Assembly (NCBI GenBank): GCA_046704725.1
Contig: JBJKRI010000006.1
Span: forward strand, 32,001 to 96,000
DNA length: 64,000 nucleotides
From: Candidatus Woesearchaeota archaeon
Lineage (GTDB): Archaea > Nanobdellota > Nanobdellia > Woesearchaeales > SKIA01
Direction: 5' to 3'
Each line of letters starts with the position of its first letter. The stretch's first letter is position 1. The notes below the pieces were generated by a model. The model saw only the letters and a list, made by a program, of their open reading frames with translations. It did not search any database and was not told where the DNA came from. A program made the translations under genes and the position numbers. Positions 37,494-47,700 of this stretch are shown here, in pieces.

Positions 37494-38282
37494 ATGGCGG
37501 TCTGGCTGTGGACGATGGGAGCGGTGGTCTTCGTGAGCCTGCTCAGCCTGCTCGGCATCATCACGCTCACGCTGCGGCAGGACCTGCTCCAGCAGGCACT
37601 GCTCGTGCTCGTCGCCTTGTCCGCAGGGGCATTGTTCGGCGACGCCTTCTTGCACCTGCTCCCGGAGCAGGCGAAGAGCCTGGGCTTCACCGTCGAGAGC
37701 GGCTTTCTCGTATTGCTGGGCGTGGTCGTTTTCTTCGCGATCGAGCGCTACATGCACTGGCACCACTGCCACAGCTCGCTGCACCTGTGCGACGACCCCC
37801 ACGACAAGGCCAAAGAGCACGCGGACCACATCACAGTCAAGCCACTGGGCTGGACAGTGCTGGCAGGGGACAGCCTGCACAACTTCGTGGACGGAGCGGT
37901 CATCGCAGCGAGCTTTCTCGTGTCGAACTTCCTCGGGCTGACGACGACGCTCGCCGTCGTCTTCCACGAGATTCCCCAGGAGATCGCGCACTTCGGCGTG
38001 CTCCTGCACAGCGGCTTCACCGCCAGGCAAGGATTGTTCTTCAACTTCCTGTCGGCATTGACGGCGGTGCTTGGCGGGGTCATCACACTTGTCGTCGGAG
38101 GTGCCTTGACATCATTGACAGCGGGCATGATCCCTTTCACGATAGGCGGTTTCGTCTACGTCGCGGCGGCCGACCTGATACCCGAGCTCAAGCACGAGGA
38201 CAATACGGGCCGCTCGCTCCTCCATTTCGGGGCGTTCCTCGGCGGCATCGGCATCATGGCCGCATTGCTGCTGGTGGCCTAG
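37494..38282 (+). CDS. ZIP-family metal transporter
   Basis: HLLPE, His-rich loop, HNFVDG, HEIPQE. Confidence 0.95.
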   Translation: MAVWLWTMGAVVFVSLLSLLGIITLTLRQDLLQQALLVLVALSAGALFGDAFLHLLPEQAKSLGFTVESGFLVLLGVVVFFAIERYMHWHHCHSSLHLCDDPHDKAKEHADHITVKPLGWTVLAGDSLHNFVDGAVIAASFLVSNFLGLTTTLAVVFHEIPQEIAHFGVLLHSGFTARQGLFFNFLSALTAVLGGVITLVVGGALTSLTAGMIPFTIGGFVYVAAADLIPELKHEDNTGRSLLHFGAFLGGIGIMAALLLVA

Positions 38283-39151
38283 GGTTTTATCGCGACGACC
38301 TTGTCATACGCGAGCGGTCCGGAGAACGCTTCCGCCATCAGATACCCTGAGATGCCCGTTCTGATGGTCTCCTCTGAGAGCAGCACACGCACGAGGCGGA
38401 CCAGGAACGGATACCTGAACCCCAGCGCGGCCAATCTCCGCCAGCGGAGCGCCTCGGGCATGATTGCATCGGTCAAATCAGTGCGCTGCACGGAAAAGCC
38501 CTCCGCACGCAACAGAGCATCAGTCCGCACGCGCGGCTTGAACTGGACGACAGCCATCCCGTGCTCTGTGAGCCCAAGAACAGAGACCTCCTTCCGATTG
38601 CGCGGCTCTCGTCTCCGGAAACCATCGAACATGACGAAACGACCGCCAGGGTGCAACGCCGAGAACACGAGTTCGTACACGTGCTCCGGTCTTTCGGAAT
38701 AGTCCAGTGTCTCCACCGCGAAGACGATGTCGCAACGCGGAAGCGTCTTCAGACGATCATAGTTCGCTTTCCTGAGCCGTACGTTAGCGAACCGTCGCAA
38801 GCGCTTGGACGCGACACGGAGATTCTTCGCCGAGAGGTCGATGCCGATGAAACGGACGCGCGGGAATCGCTGCGCGAGATACGCGAGGTTGTACCCGTTC
38901 CCGCAGCCGAGCTCAACGACGACACGGTCCGATGGACGGATAAGGTCGGCGACCGTCCGCGGTTGCATCGTGAAATCACGCATGCCACCCTCTCGAGTGG
39001 CAAGATGTATCGCTGTCCGGTCGTTGAACAACCGCCAGGCCTGACTCGTGCGCTGATAGTACGAATCTACGTCCGATGAGGTCAGGCGTTCCGTCTCGAT
39101 GGCAGAGAGGTCGAAATATCGTTCGAGAAGCGCTAATGAGGGTCCTGCCAC
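38279..39151 (-). CDS. Class I SAM-dependent methyltransferase
   Basis: VELGCGNG, GIDLS, FAVETL, LHPGGRF. Confidence 0.9.
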   Translation of the reverse strand: MAGPSLALLERYFDLSAIETERLTSSDVDSYYQRTSQAWRLFNDRTAIHLATREGGMRDFTMQPRTVADLIRPSDRVVVELGCGNGYNLAYLAQRFPRVRFIGIDLSAKNLRVASKRLRRFANVRLRKANYDRLKTLPRCDIVFAVETLDYSERPEHVYELVFSALHPGGRFVMFDGFRRREPRNRKEVSVLGLTEHGMAVVQFKPRVRTDALLRAEGFSVQRTDLTDAIMPEALRWRRLAALGFRYPFLVRLVRVLLSEETIRTGISGYLMAEAFSGPLAYDKVVAIKP

Positions 39152-39248
39152 CCTGCTTTCGGCATTCCGCCCGCTTAAAAACATTCTTCCACGGCCCTAC
39201 CGTGAAGGCAGCATAATCCTTATAAAACACATCCCTTGCCTCGACACG

Positions 39249-39716
39249 ATGGACGTCATCTCTCACGGACTGTGGAGCTACCTCATCTGGCGCGCGGCCC
39301 CGCTCACCGGACTGGCCGTCGCGCTGGGCATGATGCCTGACGTGGTGGCGCACGCCCCGCGCACCGTCAGCAACGTTGTCAGCGGGCGCAAGGGATACTC
39401 CGGGCTCACGACGCACAAGGACCTGCCCAAGACCATACAGGCCTACGAGAAATACGCTTTCCCTGCGATGCACAGCCTCATCCTGAGCAGCCTGTTCGCG
39501 GGACTCATGTTCATCGTCTTCAAGACGCCGTGGTGGGCCTTGGCGTGGCCCGTGCACGTGCTCATCGACATCCCGACGCATCCAAAGCGATTCGCCACGC
39601 CCTTCCTGTGGCCCGTCTCCGACTTCAAGGTGAGCAGCTTCTACTGGGAGTCAAAGCCATTCATGGCCGTGAACATCCTCGCGCTCATCATCGCCTACGT
39701 GCACTGGGTGTTCTAG
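39249..39716 (+). CDS. Membrane metal-dependent hydrolase (YdjM-like), copy 1
   Basis: SH, PD, HS, HVLIDIPTH, LWP. Confidence 0.85.
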   Translation: MDVISHGLWSYLIWRAAPLTGLAVALGMMPDVVAHAPRTVSNVVSGRKGYSGLTTHKDLPKTIQAYEKYAFPAMHSLILSSLFAGLMFIVFKTPWWALAWPVHVLIDIPTHPKRFATPFLWPVSDFKVSSFYWESKPFMAVNILALIIAYVHWVF

Positions 39717-40190
39717 ATGGACGATTTCTCCCACCTCGCATGGTCGTTCCTCGTCTTCCACTGGACCGGACAAGTACTGCTCGCCATGCTGTTCGGCGTA
39801 TTGCCCGACCTCATCGCTTTCGTGCCCATGTTCTTCTACCAGATCGGGCATCCGCGCAAGGAGAAGGACTTCCTGAAGGCGTACAAGACGATACCCAAGG
39901 GATTGCGGGACTACGCGGAAGGGGCGTACAAGGTCACGCACAACATCTTCGCGTTGCTGGCGATGGTCTTGCTCGGCATCCTCCTCGGCTGGTGGTGGGC
40001 ATTGGCGTGGATCCTGCACGTGCTCATGGACATCCCCACACACAGCAAGGAATTCTACCCGACGCCGATATTCTGGCCGCTCTCCGACTGGTCCATCGAC
40101 GGCATCCCCTGGAGCGACAAGCGCGTCATGATACCCAACGTCATCTTGCTTCTCGCGGGCTTCGCGCTGTACTTCGCGCACGTGCTGTGA
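39717..40190 (+). CDS. Membrane metal-dependent hydrolase (YdjM-like), copy 2
   Basis: SH, LPD, THN, HVLMDIPTH, FWPLS. Confidence 0.85.
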   Translation: MDDFSHLAWSFLVFHWTGQVLLAMLFGVLPDLIAFVPMFFYQIGHPRKEKDFLKAYKTIPKGLRDYAEGAYKVTHNIFALLAMVLLGILLGWWWALAWILHVLMDIPTHSKEFYPTPIFWPLSDWSIDGIPWSDKRVMIPNVILLLAGFALYFAHVL

Positions 40191-40229
40191 GGCCAGTAAC
40201 TACATAAAGCGGGTCGCGTACCCAAGCGA

Positions 40230-40568
40230 ATGGGCCATCGTTTCTCGCACAGACCGCGGAAAAGCATCGACTTCACCGTCGAGCTCGATGCATCGCCACC
40301 GCGGCTATCCAGAGAGCAACAAGAGGATCTGCTGAAAACATTCCCCGAAGGATTCCACCAGTGGAGCCTGAACGGGATACTGCAAGGAATCGTGTATCAG
40401 CACAATCGTCTCGAGCAGGGGAGCGTCACTCTGGGCATGAACCAAGGCACATATTGCTATGTCGGGACGGGAATGAATGCGCGCGAGCAGAAGCGCTTCC
40501 GCGAATTGCTCGAGGCGTACCTCGCGCTTCCGAGCGAGTATGCCGCGCCAGTCGAGAAGGCTTCCTAG
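40230..40568 (+). CDS. Hypothetical protein
   Basis: 112-aa ORF with CATAAA box ~25 nt upstream. Confidence 0.6.
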   Translation: MGHRFSHRPRKSIDFTVELDASPPRLSREQQEDLLKTFPEGFHQWSLNGILQGIVYQHNRLEQGSVTLGMNQGTYCYVGTGMNAREQKRFRELLEAYLALPSEYAAPVEKAS

Positions 40569-41746
40569 CAGCCGCCGTCGACTTCCTCTTTGGCCGAGAG
40601 ATTGTCCTGGCCGGGGACCACATCCTGGCGCTGGTAATCCCATCGGGTGAAGGGCTTTTTCGTGGAGGCGAGTTTGGCGAACCGGGGGAAGTCGATCCAC
40701 GTATGTTTTTTCCAGTCCTTGCGGGAGAGGCAGACGACACGGCTCGCCTCGTGCTCGGCCAATAACTCGTATTCGGGCAGGTGCTCGAGCACCTGCTTGG
40801 CGAAGGCGACGACCTCCTCGTGGAGCGGCATGTTCTCCAATGAGAGGCGCTGACGGCTCTCGCCCACGAACATGTACGCCTTGACCTCGATGAAATCGGG
40901 GTTGCCACGCGCGATCAGCCGCGCGTAGCCGGCGGGGTCGTGCATGTTGAGCCCCTTGATGGCGGTGAGGCGGATGCAGGTGCGAAAGTCCTTCTTCGAG
41001 AGCGCGTCCAAGGAAGCGAGCATGCGCTCCCAATAATCACTGAATAGCGGCCTGTCCACGAGCTTGAGGGTCTCTTTGTCGGGAGCGTCGATGGAGAGAT
41101 AGAGCTGCGTGACCAGGTCGAGCTTCCCGATCGCCTCCGGGTATTGCGCGTTCGTGACGAGGAACGTGCTGATGCCGCGTGAATGGAAATCGTCGCAGAT
41201 CTCGTTGATGCGCGGATAGGTGATGGGCTCCCCGGTGAGCGACAGTGCGACGTGCTTGACCTGGCGCGAAGCGCTGTACAAGAAACGGTTCGCCGTCTGC
41301 GAACCCTTGAAGCCGATGAGGAACTGGTGATGCGCCTCCAAGGCGGAGTCGATGATGAACGACGGGTCGTCCACGCCCCACTTCCAGTCCTTGCTGACGG
41401 GCGCCTTGTAGCCGCGCCAGCAGAAGGTGCACCGGTTCGCGCAACTGATGGAGGTCGTCATCTGCATGCACTGGTTGCTCATGATGCCGTAGAAGGTGAG
41501 CTTGTAACAGCCGCCCTTGCCGCGGATCATATTCTTGGTCCAGCCGCAGACCTTGACCGCGGAGTGCCTGCCCACTAATCCATAGCCCTGGTGCGTGAGC
41601 TTGGCAGCGTCAGGCGCGCGCAATTGCGCGGAGCCCTCGGAACCCGTGAACTCGGTGTCGAAATCCGTGACGCCGGCCGCGCAGCTCGAATCCACGCGCA
41701 ATCCCGCGTCCTGGGGACGCAACTCCTTGACGACGGGAAGGGACAT
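40565..41746 (-). CDS. taw1: 4-demethylwyosine synthase (radical SAM)
   Basis: HSAVKVCGWT, CYK..FYGI, CANRCTFCWR, SLTGEP, EVKAYMFVGESR. Confidence 0.96.
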   Translation of the reverse strand: MSLPVVKELRPQDAGLRVDSSCAAGVTDFDTEFTGSEGSAQLRAPDAAKLTHQGYGLVGRHSAVKVCGWTKNMIRGKGGCYKLTFYGIMSNQCMQMTTSISCANRCTFCWRGYKAPVSKDWKWGVDDPSFIIDSALEAHHQFLIGFKGSQTANRFLYSASRQVKHVALSLTGEPITYPRINEICDDFHSRGISTFLVTNAQYPEAIGKLDLVTQLYLSIDAPDKETLKLVDRPLFSDYWERMLASLDALSKKDFRTCIRLTAIKGLNMHDPAGYARLIARGNPDFIEVKAYMFVGESRQRLSLENMPLHEEVVAFAKQVLEHLPEYELLAEHEASRVVCLSRKDWKKHTWIDFPRFAKLASTKKPFTRWDYQRQDVVPGQDNLSAKEEVDGGC

Positions 41747-41769
41747 GGTGACCGTGAATGGGCGTCCGG

Positions 41770-42462
41770 TTAAAAGGGTGTTGGAGAGGAGTCGTCGAGT
41801 GTCTTGGGACGTTCCTTGCGTTCATCGCGCAGCAGGTAGCCCTTGCTCTGGTTGCGCAGCGACGCGATGCTCCCGAAAGTGCGCCTGTCACCTTTGACCG
41901 ATTCCAGCGTACCGTACATCACATCGGTCGAATCAAGTGAATCTTCCAGACCGAGCAGATGTCCGACCTCGTGCACTGTGGTACTCAGGTACTCCTTCGG
42001 ACCATTGCTGGGAAAGGAGCCGAGAATGACTGCGTATCCGTACTGGAATCGCGCGAAACCCGAAAGGAAAGGTCCTTTGTTGCTTCCCTCTGGCACGCTG
42101 ATGACATTGTTCGCTCTGGTGAAGAGCAGGACGATGTCGTGGGGGCTCGGGCAGTCGTCGTGCGGGTTCTTGTACGGGCCTGTGGAGAACAGCAGGGTGT
42201 TCAGGTCGCCGTCGTAGACCCCTTCATCGGTTATCCGCACGTCGATATTGGCGTAGGCGCGCAGCGTCTTAGTGAGATACTCCTCTGCGTTGCTGATGCG
42301 TTTCTTGCTCACAGGGAGCTTTTTCGTGTTGAGCACGCAGACATCGAGCGTGGCGGTCTGCGCATCGCTCCTGTAGGAAGGCGATAGAGACTTCCCGAAT
42401 GCCATCACCGCAGCCAGAGCGGCCACGAGCGAAGCGCCAGCCACAACCGAACGACCATTCAT
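41770..42462 (-). CDS. Exported zinc metallopeptidase (metzincin/matrixin-like)
   Basis: Signal/TM; HEVGHLLGLED and Met-turn DVMYG. Confidence 0.85.
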   Translation of the reverse strand: MNGRSVVAGASLVAALAAVMAFGKSLSPSYRSDAQTATLDVCVLNTKKLPVSKKRISNAEEYLTKTLRAYANIDVRITDEGVYDGDLNTLLFSTGPYKNPHDDCPSPHDIVLLFTRANNVISVPEGSNKGPFLSGFARFQYGYAVILGSFPSNGPKEYLSTTVHEVGHLLGLEDSLDSTDVMYGTLESVKGDRRTFGSIASLRNQSKGYLLRDERKERPKTLDDSSPTPF

Positions 42463-42533
42463 AGTCACTTGTTAGTGGTTAATTTATAAGAAATCTTATG
42501 GAAAATAAAGCCTTCAAACCATCCGCACAGGCC

Positions 42534-43022
42534 TCAGGCGCGGATGTTGACGGGGACGTGCTCGCGGAGCAGGTCGGCCACGCTCTCGTGGTCGCGCACG
42601 TGAAGCAGGCGCCAATGCCCGGGACCGCGCGAAAGCATGTTCTTTTCGCGGGTGGCGAACGGGATGTCGAGCCAGAAGGTGCGGGTCTTACGCACCCGGT
42701 CAGCGAGCTTGCAGTAGACGACGACACGCTTGATGTCCTGATAGGGGATCAATACGTTCGCGCCGCGCGCAGAGACGAAACGCACTCCAGAACCGGTCAG
42801 TTGGTAGCTGCGCACGGCCGCGCGGCTCTTCTCGAGGATGACGAGGAAGCACAGGATGAAAAAGCCCGTCTCGAGGATGGCGAACAACGGAGGCAGTTTG
42901 GGCAGGATGACGAGGAACGTGATGGCGAGCAGCAACAGCAGTCCCCACCAGGCGTAATAGAAGATGTTCACGCCGGAATCGGGATATCCTTCCCAAAAGA
43001 TCTCGTGGGTCTTGCTTGCCAT
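42534..43022 (-). CDS. Two-TM protein with probable bacterial PH-like domain
   Basis: IFWEGYP, two TM, YQLT..GV, IPYQDIKRV. Confidence 0.7.
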   Translation of the reverse strand: MASKTHEIFWEGYPDSGVNIFYYAWWGLLLLLAITFLVILPKLPPLFAILETGFFILCFLVILEKSRAAVRSYQLTGSGVRFVSARGANVLIPYQDIKRVVVYCKLADRVRKTRTFWLDIPFATREKNMLSRGPGHWRLLHVRDHESVADLLREHVPVNIRA

Positions 43023-43061
43023 GCGTGTTCTCGTGCCGCCCTCCTCAAATACCTTTCGGGC

Positions 43062-43400
43062 CTAGAAGACCATGCCGAAGATTTGGAGGAGCATGCCCAG
43101 GACGAGCAGGAACAGGCCCACCATGACCATGAAGCGCTCTGTCACCAAGCGCACCAGGACCTCCTGGTGGTTCTTGTGCTTGGGGTGCTCGGCGATGAAC
43201 AAGGCATCATCGTTGGTGCGCACAAGGCCCAAGGAGAGCAGCAATACGCCGCTGATCTCGATGAACAGGCCCAGAACGCCGATATGCAATACCGACGAGA
43301 TATCCACCATGATCGCGATGACGATGACCACGACCAGGACGAGCGCGATGAGAAACTTCTGCCAGTTGGGAATCCTCACCCGAAATTCCATGTCTGCCAC
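43062..43400 (-). CDS. Small three-TM hypothetical protein
   Basis: Hydrophobic helices; TTAAATA box upstream. Confidence 0.75.
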   Translation of the reverse strand: MADMEFRVRIPNWQKFLIALVLVVVIVIAIMVDISSVLHIGVLGLFIEISGVLLLSLGLVRTNDDALFIAEHPKHKNHQEVLVRLVTERFMVMVGLFLLVLGMLLQIFGMVF

Positions 43401-43432
43401 CCCTGAATCCCGTGGACCGGCCTATTTAAGGC

Positions 43433-44044
43433 TTACGCCCTGGGCTGCGGGACGTGCGCAGAGGGAAGGACACGCGGCATCGACCGCGCGGGGACGACCG
43501 TCCTCAGACGGAGCTCCACAAGACCGAGGACTTGGTCGAGCGCTTGGCGCTTTCGTCTCGGAAGGGTTTGGAGGAAATCCCTCCTACCATACCATCGTGC
43601 GAACGGAGGCTGCGTCTCTGCTTGGAATTCGACCGCGAGCTCGGGATGGAGCTCTTCCCAAGGGCGAACGGGGATCCCATAGATGTGGATGCACTTGTCC
43701 GGATGGCCCTCCTTGGGTCGTCCGCCGATGATGAAGAAATTGCCGATGGGGAACGCATCATATGTCATGATATCCGCTTCCTGCTTGGCCTCCCTGATGA
43801 CCGCCGCCAGGGGCCGGTCCGACGTGAGGCGTGCTCGACCGAAGGTGTTCTGTTCGTCAACGCCGCCCGTGAACAGACCAGGCACATAGCCACCAACATC
43901 ATTCCGCCATCGATGGAGCAAGGCGTACTCCCCCTGTGACGCACCGTTCCCATCCACGCGCACGAAGATGTTCGCGATCTCGCTGCGGTGTGGAAAACAC
44001 GTGTGTTCCGGACCAGCAGGTTGCAGGCGATAGTTTAGCGTCAT
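43433..44044 (-). CDS. Divergent Nudix-like hydrolase
   Basis: YALLHR, GGVDE...PLAAVIREAKQEADI (Nudix box with insertion). Confidence 0.6.
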   Translation of the reverse strand: MTLNYRLQPAGPEHTCFPHRSEIANIFVRVDGNGASQGEYALLHRWRNDVGGYVPGLFTGGVDEQNTFGRARLTSDRPLAAVIREAKQEADIMTYDAFPIGNFFIIGGRPKEGHPDKCIHIYGIPVRPWEELHPELAVEFQAETQPPFARWYGRRDFLQTLPRRKRQALDQVLGLVELRLRTVVPARSMPRVLPSAHVPQPRA

Positions 44045-44167
44045 AGGAAGCGTATTGTGCTGCAATACACCATTTTTAAATAATGAGTACTACTATATAA
44101 TAGTTACTTCTTGGAACGAGATTGAAAGGCTTATAAACGGACGGGCGTTCCGCACGACCACCGAGAG

Positions 44168-44222
44168 GCGGACCGGTCCGTGAGGGCTTGTCCGCGCTGG
44201 AGGGACACCAGATTCTTCCAGC
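44168..44222 (+). ncRNA. Candidate structured 5' leader of rps15
   Basis: Two abutting hairpins between the TATA (44131) and ATG (44237); the first has a GTGA GNRA loop. Confidence 0.55.
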
Positions 44223-44236
44223 CATAGGAAACACAC

Positions 44237-44692
44237 ATGGCACGAATGCACAGCAGGAAGCGCGGCAAGGCGGCGAGCAGCAAGCCGATCGGCCGGCCAG
44301 CGCCCAAAGGACTCAAGCTCACCGCGAAGCAGATCGAGGAACTCGTCCTCAAGCTCGGGAAAGAAGGCATGCCCGCGTCACGCATCGGACTTGCGCTGCG
44401 AGACGAGCACGGCGTTCCCGACGTCAAAGCGGTGACGGGAAAGCGCATCGCGCGCATCCTCGCCGACAACAAAGCGCAGCCCGAGCTGCCGGAAGACCTC
44501 GTCGCACTCATCAGGAAAGCAGTCCTGTTGAGGAAGCACCTCGAGAGCAACGCGCACGACGAGCCGGCGAAACGCGGGCTCACGCTCACCGAGAGCAAGG
44601 TCCTGCGCCTCACGCGCCACTACAAGAAGACCGGCCGCGTAAAGGCGAGCTGGAACTACAACCCCAAGGAAGCGAGCTACCTCGCCGAATAA
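44237..44692 (+). CDS. rps15p: 30S ribosomal protein uS15 (S15P/S13e)
   Basis: MARMHSRKRGK, IGLALRDEHGVP, LPEDL, KRGL.LTESK..RL..HYK. Confidence 0.98.
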   Translation: MARMHSRKRGKAASSKPIGRPAPKGLKLTAKQIEELVLKLGKEGMPASRIGLALRDEHGVPDVKAVTGKRIARILADNKAQPELPEDLVALIRKAVLLRKHLESNAHDEPAKRGLTLTESKVLRLTRHYKKTGRVKASWNYNPKEASYLAE

Positions 44693-44731
44693 GGGATTTC
44701 TTTCCCCTCTCTTTTGTCCATCCACTTGCTC

Positions 44732-47700
44732 CTATCCATACACGACCGTGCTATACGTCGGGCTCGACACGCCGAGCAGCGCGTCAGGATACCAATCGCC
44801 CGAGCCGGTCACATTCATGGCGACCTGCGCGGTCTGGCCCGCCGTGAGGTTATCGAAGTGCCAGCGCACCGCAAGACCGGGGTCCGCCCCGGTCACCGTC
44901 GATGATGAGACGGGTGTGAGGTTGTACGATCCCGTAAGGCCGTCATGCACGAGCGAGTACAAGGACACGTTCTGCTGGGTGTAGTTCTGCAGGTTGGTCA
45001 CGTTCAAGAGGACCTGCCACTCGTCCGCTGAGAGGTTGCGCAACTCGTATGACGTCGAGAGGTTGACGAGCGACTGGATCGTGATATTGTTCTGCGCGGT
45101 CATATTCCAGAAGTAGAGCTTGCCGCACGTGATGTTATAGCGGGCGATGCCCTCGATATAGTACGGGCTGTTCGCGCTCCAGAGCTTGAGCGAAGAGTCG
45201 TACGTCATCGAGACGTTCGAGCCGTCATACCGGGTGAGGGTACAGGTCCCGGTGGTGATGGGCGCTCCGGACGGCGCGGTCCAGTTCGCGAAGTGGAAGG
45301 CGTCCTGTCCGACGTAGGTCAGGTAGCCGTAGAGGTCCTGCTCGTCGAAGGCCGACAGGTTGCTGATGCCCCACAAAGCGAACGAGCGCAGCGGCACCGT
45401 CGTGTTGAAGAAGTACGCCGCAGAGACGTTCACCGACGTGTTCCAGATGCCCGGGTCGACGGTCGAGGGAAACACGTACGAGCCGTTCCACATCGTCCCG
45501 GTCAAGGCGAGCGGCACGCTGATATTGCCCGTGTACGGCTCGATGAGGACGTCATCCGCCGAGAGGTTGTACGAAGAGTCGAGCGCGCCCGCGCTCTCCG
45601 GACCGGGCGTGGTGATGTTGACGAGGAACGTCGCGTTGTTCGTCTGGTTGTACTGGGCGTTGGGGTCTGAGGAGTTGAAGTACGTGACATTGAGCGAGCC
45701 ATAGACCGCTATCGTTCTCGTCCTGTTCGGCGCGGCCTTGTCCGCGTAGGCACCCCACTCATAGAGCCCGGCCGCCACCGTGCTGTTAGGGTTCCAATAG
45801 AGTGTGGTGTTTCCGCCCGCGATGGTCGTGTTCTGCCCGATGAGGATTCCCGCAGAACCGGACGGGTCCAGACGGTTCATGAGCGTGAAGTTCACGAGCA
45901 CGCCAGCCACAGCGTGATCCATGTTCACGACGAGCTTGACCGTGTCGTTCATGGTGGCTGACGCGTTGTCACGGTCGACCGCGGTGTCGTTCGCCGGCGA
46001 GAGGTCGTTGATGGCGGTCTTGTTCACAATGAACGTGTCGGACACGTTCTGCGGCACGTAGTACTTGTCGCTGCAGTACACGTTGTCCGTGAAGTTCCCG
46101 TCGTTGGAGAAGTTCGTCCAGTAGACGTACAACCCGGTCCCGGCGTCATAGGTCATGTTCGCGTACGCCCCGAACGAACCCGTGTCGTTGAAGCGGATCT
46201 CACAGGTCGTGTTCGACGTGTTGATGGGAGTGTTGGCGCTGTCCGAGTAGTTCGCGTAGAACGTGAAGTTCTGATAGACGCGCTTGATACCGAAGTCGCT
46301 CTGGTCGCTGAGCGTGAGATTGGACAATCCGATGAGCACGAACGACCGGTTCGTCGTGTCGACGTAGAAGTGATTCGCCGACACGTTTACCAGCGCGACC
46401 CAATCGCCCACTTCCGCCGTCAGGGAGAAGGTGTGCGAACCGTTCCAGATGGTCCCGCCATACAGCATCTGGGCGATGCTCGATGCGGTCGTCGGGGGCA
46501 TGAGCGTCGTGTTCATGGACGCCAGGTACGAAGCGTTGATCTCCGCACCGGTCTCCGGGCCGAGGCTCGCGAGGGTCGCGTTGATATCTGCGGTCTGCGT
46601 CTGGTTGTACTCGGCGTTCGGGTCGAGCGTCGCGCTCTGGAACGAGACGTTCAGGCCGCCCTTCACGTCCACCGTCCGGGTATTGTTCGCGAGGCCCGCT
46701 CCCGAATCGTTCGCCCACCAGGAGTGCGTTCCCGCATAGACCGTGCCGTTCGGGTTCCAATAGAGGACTGCAGCTCCGGAGCTGTTGGTCTGGTTCTTCC
46801 CGATCTCGATGACGCCCACGCCCAATGACGGGCTCGTCAGGTTGGCGTAGAACGTGAAATTCCTTGCAGGGATGCTCGATGATGCCTGTGCGACGAGACG
46901 CACGACATCAGGGTCGGACGAGACGCTATCACGGTCCACGACCGTGCCGTTCGTTGGGCTCGCGGAGTCGATGTAGTACGGGGTGACCGTTACCTGTGTG
47001 GTCGCGTTGGGCGCGTCGCCCGCCTTGTAGTAGATGGCAGGCTGGGATACGAACACGCACGTGACGTTGAAGGTGCCTTGGGTGTTGATCGCGAAACTCC
47101 TCTGCGCCCAGCCCGTGGCGTTGGTCGTGGCATTGCCCTGCAGCGTGCCGTTCCAGTAGAACGCGACCTGCGCTCCTGGCACGGAAGCGTTCGTATGCTC
47201 GTCCTGCAAGCGGCACTGGAGCGTGGCGTTGCTGAAGACCGGTATGGAGCTCGAGACGAGGGTCGCGTTCGTGATGTTCGCGTAGCCGTAGACGGTGAAG
47301 TTCTTGTTCGCGACACCTGTGGCGATCATGTAGTCCGCCGTCGCGTTGGCGGAGACGTTCCAGACCCCTACGCCCGACAGGTCGAGGAGGTTGAAGGTGT
47401 CAAGCCAGTACGGACTGGTGTACGACGCGTTGCTGACGGACTGTCCGTTCACCGACACGTACGTCACGTTCACGCTCCCGAGGTACGAGCCGTTCAGCTG
47501 GTCGCGCGTCTCCGGACCGACCGTCGTGAGGTTCAACGCAGCGGTCGCGGTGCCGTTCTGGTCGTAGGTGGACGCTGGATCCTGCGCGCTGCTGTTGAAG
47601 ACGAGGTGGAGCGCTCCGTAGACGTCGTACGTGCGGGAGCCGTTCGATGATCCCTGGGCGCTCGTGGCGTCCCAGACCCAGTGGCCCGCACGGACCGTGC

